Below are positions 21,324 to 30,581 of a DNA stretch of 64,000 nucleotides, piece by piece. The stretch covers positions 4,269 through 68,268 of the forward strand of contig JBBPZN010000023.1 of assembly GCA_038198705.1 (NCBI GenBank). The letters are read 5' to 3'. The position numbers and the translations under genes were made by a program. The DNA comes from Mycobacteriales bacterium. Lineage in GTDB: Bacteria > Actinomycetota > Actinomycetes > Mycobacteriales > Mycobacteriaceae. Under the pieces are notes generated by a model. It did no database searches. It had not been told where the DNA came from and saw only the letters and a program-made list of their open reading frames with translations. Position 1 is the first letter of the stretch. Each line of letters starts with the position of its first letter.

Positions 21324-21974
21324 TCACCAGCCGAGCGAGTGCAGCACTTCCGTCGTGGCGCGACCCACACCGAGTTCGAAAGCAAGCCGAACATCGGTGA
21401 TCGTATCGACGTCCAGACGCAGTCCTGGCCAGTGACCGTCGAGGTCGAGCGCGCCGGAATCTTGATGACGTTGTGCCGATGCCGGGCCGAACAATGGGTC
21501 GAAACGACCTGAAGTGCCCTTCAGGATCAACGCCGCTGTGCCGGTCCCATGATGGTCGCTGACTATGGAGCGGCCATTCGGTCGAGCACGCGCATACGCC
21601 TGCGCCAATTCCTCGCTGCGCAGGGCGGGCAGATCGGCTTGGAGTGCGACGATGTCGAGTCCATCCTGTGCTCGGAGTGTCGACGCAGCAGTGGAAAACG
21701 CGAAGTTGAGCCGTGTGGAGGAGTCCTCGGACGGATTGCTCGACGGTTCCCGCGCAACGCGCGCACCTATGCTTTCGGCAACCTCTGCAACCGCGGGATC
21801 CGGAGTGACCACCGTGATCCCTACAACCGAGTCGACGGCCCGAGCGGCCTCGACCGTATCGCGAAGCATCGCCACGACGAGCCGTGCACGATCGGCAGCG
21901 GTGAACGAGTCGGCCAACCGGGACTTGGCGGTAACCAGGTCCCTGACGGCAATCACCACGTGCGCTCTTCCCAT
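21324..21974 (-). CDS. cofC: F420 biosynthesis guanylyltransferase
   Basis: AKSRLA, QADLP, GTGT, FGPASAQRH, LDVDT; position between ppk1 and gpsA. Confidence 0.9.
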   Translation of the reverse strand: MGRAHVVIAVRDLVTAKSRLADSFTAADRARLVVAMLRDTVEAARAVDSVVGITVVTPDPAVAEVAESIGARVAREPSSNPSEDSSTRLNFAFSTAASTLRAQDGLDIVALQADLPALRSEELAQAYARARPNGRSIVSDHHGTGTAALILKGTSGRFDPLFGPASAQRHQDSGALDLDGHWPGLRLDVDTITDVRLAFELGVGRATTEVLHSLGW

Positions 21975-22096
21975 GACGGTCCATTCTGTCAGCGACTCGA
22001 GTATCAGTGGAGTTCGGCCTCGGCAACGCCCCGGACAGATACTGTGGTCCGGCGTGGTCCACATGATTTCTTGGCGATCAAAGAAGGTGGCGTTCG

Positions 22097-23095
22097 ATGA
22101 CCAAAGCAGCGGTACTCGGTTCTGGATCATGGGGAACCGCATTCGCGAAAGTGCTCGCGGACGCAGGCACCGACGTCACGATGTGGGCCAGACGTCCGGA
22201 GTTGGCCGAGTCGATCAACGATAATCACGAGAACTCGAACTATCTGGCGGGAATCACACTGCCATCCTCGATCTCGGCGACGAGTGATCCAGGCCGTGCA
22301 CTCGACGGTGCGGACATCGTCGTTCTCGCCGTACCGTCGCAGTCGCTTCGGGACAACCTCGCCGTGTGGACCGACTCGATTCCAGCCGACGCGACTTTGC
22401 TCAGCCTCGCCAAGGGGATCGAGACCGGGACGTTGCTACGCATGAGTCAGGTCATCAGTCAGGTGACCGGAGCCGATCCGAGTCGAATCGCAGCGTTGTC
22501 CGGCCCGAATCTCGCTCGACCGATTGCCGAGGGGCAACCGGCCGCCACCGTTATTGCATGCTCGGACTCCAGACGTGCACTGGAAGTTCAAAAATCTTGT
22601 GCAACTGGATATTTCAGGCCATACACTAATTCGGATGTCATCGGGGTCGAAATCGGTGGTGCGTGCAAGAATGTGATCGCATTGGCGTGCGGCATGGCCA
22701 GCGGAGTCGGGTACGGCGAAAACACGCTCGCCTCGATCATGACTCGCGGTCTCGCCGAGATCATCAGGCTCGGCTCGGCGCTCGGGGCGAAACCCGCCAC
22801 CCTTGCAGGCTTGGCAGGCGTCGGTGATCTGGTGGCGACCTGTTCGTCGTCGCTGTCACGAAATCGATCCTTCGGCGAACGGCTGGGCGTCGGTGGGTCG
22901 ATGGAGAGCGCCCAGGCGGCAGCACACGGTCAGGTCGCCGAAGGTGTCAAGTCCTGCACCTCGGTGCGGGCTCTGGCAGAGAGTTACGACGTCGAGATGC
23001 CGTTGACCGACGCGGTGCACCGCGTGTGTCACAGCGGACTGTCGGTCCCTGATGCAGTGGATCATCTGCTCGGCCGTCGGATCAAGCCCGAGTAG
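22097..23095 (+). CDS. gpsA: NAD(P)H-dependent glycerol-3-phosphate dehydrogenase
   Basis: [30 protein letters not shown]. Confidence 0.96.
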   Translation: MTKAAVLGSGSWGTAFAKVLADAGTDVTMWARRPELAESINDNHENSNYLAGITLPSSISATSDPGRALDGADIVVLAVPSQSLRDNLAVWTDSIPADATLLSLAKGIETGTLLRMSQVISQVTGADPSRIAALSGPNLARPIAEGQPAATVIACSDSRRALEVQKSCATGYFRPYTNSDVIGVEIGGACKNVIALACGMASGVGYGENTLASIMTRGLAEIIRLGSALGAKPATLAGLAGVGDLVATCSSSLSRNRSFGERLGVGGSMESAQAAAHGQVAEGVKSCTSVRALAESYDVEMPLTDAVHRVCHSGLSVPDAVDHLLGRRIKPE

Positions 23096-23147
23096 AGTCG
23101 ACGGGCCACGTCGAGGCCCCTCTTCGGGGTGACGGTACGGTTTCGCC

Positions 23148-24254
23148 GTGAGCAATCCTCGTACCAGAGTCGCCCTGATCTTCGGTGGTCGGAGCAACGA
23201 GCACGCCGTTTCCTGCGTATCCGCAGGTAGCGTGCTCGACAATATCGACCGTGAACGATACGACGTGATTCCCATCGGTATCACCACCGATGGTGCATGG
23301 GTTCTCGGTGCCACCGACGTCGACGAACTTGCCATCCACGGACGGTCTCTGCCGTCGGTGGACAAGAACGGTACGGCTCTGGCGTTGACTGCAGACCCCA
23401 CCCGGCGCGGCGCCATCATCGGACTGGGTGAAGAGGATGCGGGAAAGATCTTGGCGTCGGTGGACGTCGTGTTTCCCATTCTGCACGGCCCGTACGGCGA
23501 GGACGGCACGCTACAGGGCCTCCTCGAACTCGCCACCATTCCCTACGTCGGGCCTGGAGTGTTCGCCAGCGCCGCAGGCATGGACAAGGAGTTCACCAAG
23601 AAGCTACTGGCAGCGGAGGGGCTGCCGGTCGGCAAGCAGATCGTGCTCAGGCGAGGTACCGACGCACTGACAGCCGACGAACAGGAGTCGCTGGGCCTGC
23701 CTGCGTTCGTCAAGCCGGCGCGTGGGGGATCGTCGATCGGCATCACGAGAATCGTCGCATGGGAACAGCTTCCGGCTGCGGTGGCCGAGGCTCGCCGACA
23801 CGATCCGAAGGTGATCGTGGAGGCCGCAATTCACGGACGCGAAGTCGAGTGCGGAGTCCTCGAGTTTCCGGATGGATCTATCCGAGCGAGCGTCGTGGCG
23901 GAGATCAAAATGCCCGACGCGGAAGCCGACGATCACACGTTCTACGACTTCGACAGCAAGTACCTCGACAACGTGTGTGAATTCGACGTTCCGGCACTAT
24001 TGACCGAGGACATCAGCGCATCCATCCGGGCTGCAGCGGTCGAGGCATTCCGTGCCTTGGACTGCCAGGGTCTGGCACGCGTCGACTTCTTCGTCACAGA
24101 CGACGGACCGGTGATCAACGAGATCAACACGATGCCGGGATTCACCTCGATCTCGATGTTCCCGAAGATGTGGAATGCGACCGGCGTCGATTACGGAACG
24201 CTGATCGACACCCTCATCCAGACCGCACTCGCGCGCGGAACCGGGTTGAGATAA
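23148..24254 (+). CDS. ddl: D-alanine--D-alanine ligase
   Basis: [30 protein letters not shown]. Confidence 0.97.
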   Translation: MSNPRTRVALIFGGRSNEHAVSCVSAGSVLDNIDRERYDVIPIGITTDGAWVLGATDVDELAIHGRSLPSVDKNGTALALTADPTRRGAIIGLGEEDAGKILASVDVVFPILHGPYGEDGTLQGLLELATIPYVGPGVFASAAGMDKEFTKKLLAAEGLPVGKQIVLRRGTDALTADEQESLGLPAFVKPARGGSSIGITRIVAWEQLPAAVAEARRHDPKVIVEAAIHGREVECGVLEFPDGSIRASVVAEIKMPDAEADDHTFYDFDSKYLDNVCEFDVPALLTEDISASIRAAAVEAFRALDCQGLARVDFFVTDDGPVINEINTMPGFTSISMFPKMWNATGVDYGTLIDTLIQTALARGTGLR

Positions 24255-24257
24255 AAC

Positions 24258-24281
24258 GGCTACCTAACGGGCTACCTAACG
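24258..24281. repeat. 12-bp tandem duplication GGCTACCTAACG x2 spanning the DUF3515 stop codon
   Basis: Exact direct repeat. Confidence 0.75.
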
Positions 24282-24875
24282 GAGTGGGGCCGGATCGAGA
24301 GGCGTCTGCGCGAGTGAGTCCGAAATCGCAGTCGAGGCATCTTGCAGCGGCGTGGGTCCGGACCCGTTCGGCACGGTCAGCGCCACGTACACCGGGCGAT
24401 CTACTGCGAACCACGTGCTCGCCTCGATGCCCGAGTCGGCACCGGAGACTTCGAACCACTGAACACCGTTGATCACTTGTAAAGGCGCTGCGACATCGAA
24501 TCCGTCGGGACGGTTCAGGCCGCACCGCAAGACCACGGGCTCGGATGTGTCGTCGTCGAGCGCCCACGCTCGGGTCGCGAGCGGTGCCGGATCGGCCAGC
24601 TCGACGCTCGCGTAGTCGCCGAGTGATGCTGGTAATGCATCGACGAGTGCGCTGCAGTCGGCACTGTCTGCAGCAGGAGCGTCGACCGGACCAAGGGCCT
24701 CGGGTGCCCGCGTCGAGGTTCCGGATATCGATACCGCAGCCACGATGAACCCGACCAGCAGGGCAACGGGAAGTGCGATCGCCGTCGCGATAACGGCGGG
24801 ATGGCGCTTGTTGGGCTCGGGCTCGGGGGTGGGTTCGGGGGCGCGATCGTCGGTATTCATCGTCCTCGGTGTCAT
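24276..24875 (-). CDS. DUF3515-family membrane-anchored protein
   Basis: Single transmembrane segment; VLRCG, INGVQWF, DRPVYVALT; position after ddl. Confidence 0.8.
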   Translation of the reverse strand: MTPRTMNTDDRAPEPTPEPEPNKRHPAVIATAIALPVALLVGFIVAAVSISGTSTRAPEALGPVDAPAADSADCSALVDALPASLGDYASVELADPAPLATRAWALDDDTSEPVVLRCGLNRPDGFDVAAPLQVINGVQWFEVSGADSGIEASTWFAVDRPVYVALTVPNGSGPTPLQDASTAISDSLAQTPLDPAPLR

Positions 24876-25002
24876 CAGGAGTCGTTGTCGGTCATTCGAC
24901 AGGTCAGCGTACGGGTGATCGCATCGACCTTCTGAACGCGGCCGACGATGTCGCCGAGTTTCGACCGACTTCGGTCTGTACCGATACGAATGCTTGCACC
25001 AT
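24875..25002 (-). pseudogene. Lrp/AsnC ligand-binding-domain gene remnant with an internal out-of-frame deletion
   Basis: MVQAFVSVQTEVGR in one frame; LGDIVGRVQKVDAITRTLTC in another frame; middle missing; 128 nt. Confidence 0.75.
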
Positions 25003-25086
25003 GACCGGCCCCTTCCGAAATCCTCGACCGTGACACCCAGGTAGTGTCGCGGTGGTTTCTCGCGCGCGATTCGTAGGAGGAAGATC

Positions 25087-26061
25087 ATCGACGACGAAGA
25101 TCGTGTCGAAGTCCGGCAGCGAACCGTTGCGGAGATCGGTGAATTCGCGGTTATCGACCGCGCCACTCGCGAGCGCGTTCAGACCGCCGACTCGATCCTG
25201 GGTCCGGGTGACGACGCTGCCGTCGTCGCCGCACCGGACGGCAGGGTCGTCGTGACCACGGACATGTTGGTGCAGGGCAGGCACTTTCGTCTGGACTGGT
25301 CCAGCCCGGTCGATATCGGCCGGAAGGCAATCGCACAGAACGGTGCGGACATCGCTGCAATGGGAGCGCGGTGCACCGGATTTCTCGTTGCGCTGGGGTG
25401 TCCGGCCGACACGTCCCTTCTCGTCACCGATGGCGTGAACGAAGGGCTGTGGCGGGAGGCGAGCCGGGCAGGCGCCGGAATCGTCGGTGGTGACCTGGTG
25501 CAGAGTGACAGCTTGGTGATTTCGATCACGGCGCTCGGTGACCTCGAAGGCAGATCTCCGATCCTGCGGTCCGGGGCGGAACCGGGCGACGTCGTTGCCG
25601 TTGCTGGACGGTTGGGGTGGTCGGCAGGCGGTCTCGCTGTGCTTCTCGCGGGATCGGCACGGCATCGCAGCCTCGTGGAATTTCATCGCGCTCCGCAACC
25701 GGACTATCTTCAGGGGATCTACGCCGCAGTCAATGGTGCGACATCTTTGACGGATGTGTCCGATGGGTTGATCGCCGATCTCGGCCATATCGCCCAGGCA
25801 TCTTCGGTCGCCATCGATCTCCACAGCGAATCGATCACACTGGACGAGGAGATTGTCGACGCCGCACACGATCTCGGTTCGTCCGCGCTCGACTGGGTTC
25901 TCACCGGTGGAGAGGATCACTCGTTCGCAGGCACCTTCCCGGCGGATGCGTCGCTCCCCGACGGGTGGACTCGGATCGGCTGGGTTCGCGAGGGTGCCGG
26001 GGTCACTGTCGACGGACGGAAGTTCTCGGGCGGGAACGGGTGGTCGAGTTTCTCGACCTGA
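25087..26061 (+). CDS. thiL: Thiamine-monophosphate kinase (proposed non-canonical ATC start)
   Basis: GEFAVIDR, GPGDDAA, TTDMLV, DVSDGL, GGEDH; the frame is open from 25045 but the first ATG/GTG/TTG is at 25252; AGGAGG at 25075-25080. Gene identity is secure, the start is not. Confidence 0.88.
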   Translation: MDDEDRVEVRQRTVAEIGEFAVIDRATRERVQTADSILGPGDDAAVVAAPDGRVVVTTDMLVQGRHFRLDWSSPVDIGRKAIAQNGADIAAMGARCTGFLVALGCPADTSLLVTDGVNEGLWREASRAGAGIVGGDLVQSDSLVISITALGDLEGRSPILRSGAEPGDVVAVAGRLGWSAGGLAVLLAGSARHRSLVEFHRAPQPDYLQGIYAAVNGATSLTDVSDGLIADLGHIAQASSVAIDLHSESITLDEEIVDAAHDLGSSALDWVLTGGEDHSFAGTFPADASLPDGWTRIGWVREGAGVTVDGRKFSGGNGWSSFST

Positions 26062-26137
26062 CAGTCGAGGCCGACTCCGCCACCGTCCGCGGCTTTACCC
26101 GGGTCGGCCGAGTTTTTGGACATGTAAGTTGCAGGAC

Positions 26138-26662
26138 ATGGCAATCTACGCGCTCGGCGACCGTGAACCGCAGATACACCCCGACGCTTACGTCCATCCT
26201 GACGCCGTGGTCATCGGAGCAGTGACACTGGCCGCAGGCTCGTCTCTCTGGCCGGGAGCTGTCCTTCGCGGTGACTACGGAACGATTTCGGTCGGCGCAT
26301 ATACCAATGTGCAGGATGGAACGGTCGTGCACTGCACGCCGATCCACCCGACGGTCATCGGATCGAACTGCGTCCTCGGCCACAACGCTCACGTGGAGGG
26401 CGCAGTCATCGGTGACGATTGCCTGATCGCTTCCGGTTCGGTGGTCCTCAACGGCTCGACGATCGGTGCCGGTTCGATCGTCGGCGCCGGCGCGGTGGTT
26501 CCTTTCGAGTTCGCAGTTCCAGAGCGACGTATGGCGCTGGGGGTACCCGCGAAAGTCCGCGAGGGATACGAGGTTCCGCTCGGGCACCTCGACATCAACG
26601 TGAAAATGTATGCAGCGAATGCCACCTACTACCGTGACTCGCTTCGGCGGTTGGACGTATGA
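26138..26662 (+). CDS. Gamma-carbonic-anhydrase-like hexapeptide-repeat protein
   Basis: [20 protein letters not shown]; hexapeptide repeats. Confidence 0.88.
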   Translation: MAIYALGDREPQIHPDAYVHPDAVVIGAVTLAAGSSLWPGAVLRGDYGTISVGAYTNVQDGTVVHCTPIHPTVIGSNCVLGHNAHVEGAVIGDDCLIASGSVVLNGSTIGAGSIVGAGAVVPFEFAVPERRMALGVPAKVREGYEVPLGHLDINVKMYAANATYYRDSLRRLDV

Positions 26663-27351
26663 ACGGTAAGCCACTCGCCGAAATCATCGAAAGCGGTTGG
26701 GCCACAGCACTTGCGCCGGTGGAGGACCGGATCGCGGCAATGGGGGACTTCCTTCGAAACGAAATCGCCGAAGGCCACACCTATTTACCCTCCGGTGAGA
26801 ATGTACTGCGCGCTTTCACACGGCCTTTCGCGCATGTTCGTGTTCTCGTCGTCGGCCAGGATCCTTACCCGACACCCGGCCACGCTGTCGGACTTAGTTT
26901 TTCGGTTGCTCCCGACGTTCGCCCGGTCCCGCGGAGCCTGGCCAACATCTTCAAGGAATATTCGAGCGATCTCGGATTTCCGACGCCATCGAACGGAGAC
27001 CTGACCCCATGGGCAGACCAAGGGGTTCTCCTCCTCAACAGAGTCCTCACCGTCCAACCAGGGGTCGCCGCGTCGCACCGCAAAAAAGGGTGGGAAACGG
27101 TGACCGAGCAGGCGATTCGAGCTCTCGTAGCGCGCGAGGAAGCAGACACGCCGTCGGGACTCGTCGCCATCTTGTGGGGTCGCGACGCGGCAACACTCAA
27201 ACCCATGCTTGGACGGACTCCCATCATCGAGTCCGTGCATCCGTCACCCTTGTCGGCGTCGCGAGGATTCTTCGACACCAGGCCCTTCAGTCGCACCAAT
27301 GAGCTACTGATCGCCGGCGGATACGAGCCTATCGACTGGCGGCTTCCCTGA
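26659..27351 (+). CDS. ung: Uracil-DNA glycosylase
   Basis: [19 protein letters not shown]. Confidence 0.97.
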   Translation: MNGKPLAEIIESGWATALAPVEDRIAAMGDFLRNEIAEGHTYLPSGENVLRAFTRPFAHVRVLVVGQDPYPTPGHAVGLSFSVAPDVRPVPRSLANIFKEYSSDLGFPTPSNGDLTPWADQGVLLLNRVLTVQPGVAASHRKKGWETVTEQAIRALVAREEADTPSGLVAILWGRDAATLKPMLGRTPIIESVHPSPLSASRGFFDTRPFSRTNELLIAGGYEPIDWRLP

Positions 27352-27362
27352 CCGTGCGCGAG

Positions 27363-28151
27363 TCAGGAAAAATCAGGTCGGCGCTTCTCGACGAACGCAT
27401 CGACACCCTCGCGGCCTGTCGGTCCTACCGCCGCCGCGGAGATCGACACGGCCTCTGCCTCCAATTGCTCGGCTAGAGTCCGGTTCTCCGAGTGCGCCAG
27501 CAATTCCTTCGTGCCGCGGTAAGCCGATGTCGGCCCGGCGGCGAACGCTCGAGCCAACCGCTCGGCCTCACTCACGATGATGTCTTCGCCGACGAGCCTG
27601 CTCAGCAATCCGAGTCGCACGGCTTCTTCGCCGTGGAGGATCGAGTCGTTCAGGAGAATGTCACGCGCTCTGACCGAACCCACGATGCGCGGCAAAGTCC
27701 AGGTCATCCCGCCATCCGGGGTGAAGCCGATTCCTGGGTAAGCCGGACGCATTTTGGTTGCCCGCCCCCCGATGGCGACATCGGCGTGACACACCAAACT
27801 CATCCCTGCACCTGCTGCCCATCCGTGTACACCGGCGACGACGGGAACGGTCGTCGCCGCCAGTTCCAGGACGAAGGCGTGGAAGCCGTCGGCCACGGCG
27901 CGAACGTAACTTCCTCGATCGTCCGCTGAAGCGAAGGCTCGCACGTTGCCGCCCGCGCAGAAATTGGCGCCGGTACCGACGAGAAGAACGCATCCGACGC
28001 GGAGATCACCTGCGTTCACCGACCGAAGTGCCGCAGCCCCTTCGGTCATGGCATCGCCACTGAGTGAAGTGCCCGCGGCATCGGTCGAGACGATGATCTT
28101 CAGAACCCCGTCAACCAGTTCTACATGATTCGTACTTTCGAAGTTCGTCAC
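27363..28151 (-). CDS. Enoyl-CoA hydratase/isomerase family protein
   Basis: FCAGGN, HGWAAGAG, GFTPDGG, AFVEKRRPDF; GTG start 6 nt after TACAGT. Confidence 0.9.
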   Translation of the reverse strand: MTNFESTNHVELVDGVLKIIVSTDAAGTSLSGDAMTEGAAALRSVNAGDLRVGCVLLVGTGANFCAGGNVRAFASADDRGSYVRAVADGFHAFVLELAATTVPVVAGVHGWAAGAGMSLVCHADVAIGGRATKMRPAYPGIGFTPDGGMTWTLPRIVGSVRARDILLNDSILHGEEAVRLGLLSRLVGEDIIVSEAERLARAFAAGPTSAYRGTKELLAHSENRTLAEQLEAEAVSISAAAVGPTGREGVDAFVEKRRPDFS

Positions 28152-28253
28152 AATCGCACTGTATCCGGCCGCATCGGTCGGCATCGACGGTGCCCTGACG
28201 ACGAGCAGCGATCGCGAGGACAACCTTGCCGAACTGCTGTGGCCGACAAGACA

Positions 28254-28292
28254 ACTATGGCCTCACTGCTCCGAGAGCAGTGAGGCCATAGT
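28254..28292 (-). terminator. 18-bp perfect hairpin downstream of rpmB
   Basis: ACTATGGCCTCACTGCTC-CGA-GAGCAGTGAGGCCATAGT. Confidence 0.8.
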
Positions 28293-28311
28293 CGAGTCTC
28301 GTGGGCGAAAG

Positions 28312-28503
28312 TCAGCCCCGAACCACCTTGCCTGCCTTGAGGCAGGACGTGCAGACGTTCATGCGCTTGTTGTTGCCGGGGGCAACCTGTGCATGAACGG
28401 TCTGGATGTTCGGGTTCCAACGACGGTTGGTCCGTCGGTGCGAGTGCGAGACCGACTTACCGAAGCCGGGCCCTTTGGCGCATACGTCGCAGACGGCAGC
28501 CAT
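28312..28503 (-). CDS. rpmB: 50S ribosomal protein L28 (Zn-ribbon form)
   Basis: MAAVCDVC...SHSHRRTNRRWNPNIQ...CTSC. Confidence 0.97.
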   Translation of the reverse strand: MAAVCDVCAKGPGFGKSVSHSHRRTNRRWNPNIQTVHAQVAPGNNKRMNVCTSCLKAGKVVRG

Positions 28504-28734
28504 AGTCGCGAACTCCTTGATAGATGATTGATCATTAACGTGCGGGCGGTTGCTCCGAATAGCTTCAGCACACAATACGCCGAACCGCACCGGGCAACCC
28601 TGCAAGATTAGCGGGCGTAGCGGGAATTAACCAAACCGCGTCCAGACTCCACGCTGTGAGAGACGCTCGGCGGAGTGCCGACCTGTGCCTGCAGGTGCTC
28701 GAGTCTAGGCTGACTCGTCGAAAGAAGTTGGGTC

Positions 28735-30534
28735 ATGGAAAGTTGGTGGCGCAGCGAAATCAATGCCGGTTCTTTCGGCGAGAACTGGGGCGAACAGGTG
28801 GTGGACGTGGTCGAGCACGATGAGAAGTCCATGGCGGTCGGCAGACCCATGTCCTCGTCTGAGTCCTCGCCTGAGTCCTCGTCTAAGTCCTCGATGGGTG
28901 TCGAGGAGATGCGGCTGTGGGCCTATAGATGTGTCGACGGCCTCACAGCGCGATGCGACGAGATCAACGAACTGAACGTCTTCCCGATCGCGGACTCCGA
29001 TACCGGTACCAATCTCGTATTCACCATTCGTGCGGCGGTGGAGTCGATGCGCACTGCAGGAGCGGATGCCGATATCGCTGCCGTTGCGGCGGCGCTGGCA
29101 CAGGGCGCCATAACTGGTGCGCGGGGCAATTCCGGGGTGATCGTGTCGCAATTGTTGCGCGCCCTCGCCGAGGTCGCGGCCGACGGTGAGTTCGATGGAG
29201 CCGCGCTCACCCGAGCATTGGTTCGGGCGGCCGATCTCGTTGTCGACGTCGTGAGCGTTCCGGTGGACGGGACGATCGTCAGCGTGCTGGGCAGTTCGGC
29301 ACGTGCGGTCGCGGACCTCGGTCAGCCGTGCGATATCGCAGCGGTGGCGCGTTGCGCAGCCGAATCGGCAGCTGTGGCACTCGACCGCACACGTCACCAG
29401 TTGCCAGCTCTCCGGGCAGCAGGAGTGGTCGATGCAGGCGCGCTCGGACTTCTGGTGATGCTCGACGCGCTCTGTGGTGTCCTCACCGAAGTCGAGCCGC
29501 CGCCGAGACAGCGCTACCACCGGCAAGTGACGACCGAGACCAGTCGCGCCGTGACGCCGAGATCGAAAAATCGGGTGGATTCGGTGCAGGTAGGAGAGGC
29601 GATCGTCGGATACGAGGTTCTCTACCAGCTTTCCGACATCGACGAGGCCGCTGCGATCGAGTTGCGGCGAGCATTGACAGAGATCGGTGATTCGGTGGTC
29701 GTCGCCGGTGACGGCAACGGTTCGTGGTCCGCTCATGTGCACACGGCGAATGCTGGTCTGGCCGTCGATATCGGTATATGTGCCGGGCGGATACATGGTG
29801 TGCGCATCGCCGCCTTCGGCGCGGGGGAAAACTGTGACACGGCGACGTCGACTCCGGGCGACAGCGGGGAAGTTTTCGGTCGAGAGATATTGGCGGTGGT
29901 GGCAGGTGACGGTGCCGAGCAGCTGTATCTTGCCGAAGGTGCACATGTACTTCGTTGCGACACAACAGAGATAGGGCCCACGCAGTTGTGCGCGGCGATC
30001 GTCGGATCTCGGCACACAGAGGTCCTCGTCCTGCCGAACGGGGCATTGTCCGCCCAGGAGTTGGTGGCCGTCAGCGTCGCTTCACGCAACGCAGGCAAGG
30101 ACGTTTTGATGCTTCCGTCGTCGTCGATGGTTCAAGGCCTGGCGGCTCTTGCAGTCCACGACCCGACCAAAGAAGGAGTGGATGACGCATTCACGATGTC
30201 GGAAGCGGCAGCCGGAACGCGGTGGGCTTCGGTCCGAATCGCCGAGGGACGTGCCCTGACGTGGGTGGGGACGTGTGAACCCGGTGACGGCCTCGGTCTT
30301 GTCGGGCGGGAAGTGGTGGTAATCGGGTCCGACGCGATCACGGCCGGATGCAACCTGCTCGATCAATTGCTGTCGGCGGGTGGTGAGATGGTGACCATGC
30401 TGCTGGGGGAGTCCGCAGACGCCGAATTCGGTCAGCGGTTGGCCGAGTACGTCGCCGAGCACCATCCCGTCGTGGAGTTCGTGACCTATCGCGGAGGGCA
30501 GCCAGGAGACCTGGCTCAACTCGGCGTGGAATGA
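28735..30534 (+). CDS. DAK2-domain protein (fatty-acid-kinase FakA-like); start uncertain, probably further downstream
   Basis: NVFPIADSDTGTNL, GARGNSGVI, VDAGA, C-terminal GGQP...GVE; between rpmB and recG. Confidence 0.88.
   Translation: MESWWRSEINAGSFGENWGEQVVDVVEHDEKSMAVGRPMSSSESSPESSSKSSMGVEEMRLWAYRCVDGLTARCDEINELNVFPIADSDTGTNLVFTIRAAVESMRTAGADADIAAVAAALAQGAITGARGNSGVIVSQLLRALAEVAADGEFDGAALTRALVRAADLVVDVVSVPVDGTIVSVLGSSARAVADLGQPCDIAAVARCAAESAAVALDRTRHQLPALRAAGVVDAGALGLLVMLDALCGVLTEVEPPPRQRYHRQVTTETSRAVTPRSKNRVDSVQVGEAIVGYEVLYQLSDIDEAAAIELRRALTEIGDSVVVAGDGNGSWSAHVHTANAGLAVDIGICAGRIHGVRIAAFGAGENCDTATSTPGDSGEVFGREILAVVAGDGAEQLYLAEGAHVLRCDTTEIGPTQLCAAIVGSRHTEVLVLPNGALSAQELVAVSVASRNAGKDVLMLPSSSMVQGLAALAVHDPTKEGVDDAFTMSEAAAGTRWASVRIAEGRALTWVGTCEPGDGLGLVGREVVVIGSDAITAGCNLLDQLLSAGGEMVTMLLGESADAEFGQRLAEYVAEHHPVVEFVTYRGGQPGDLAQLGVE
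28851..28893 (+). repeat. 12-bp tandem repeat, about 3.5 copies (GTCCTCGYCTRA)
   Basis: Encodes SSSE/SSPE/SSSK. Confidence 0.75.
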
Positions 30535-30581
30535 AACTGCGCACGGGAACCGGATCGAGAAGGTAAGGACGACAAGGGAAG

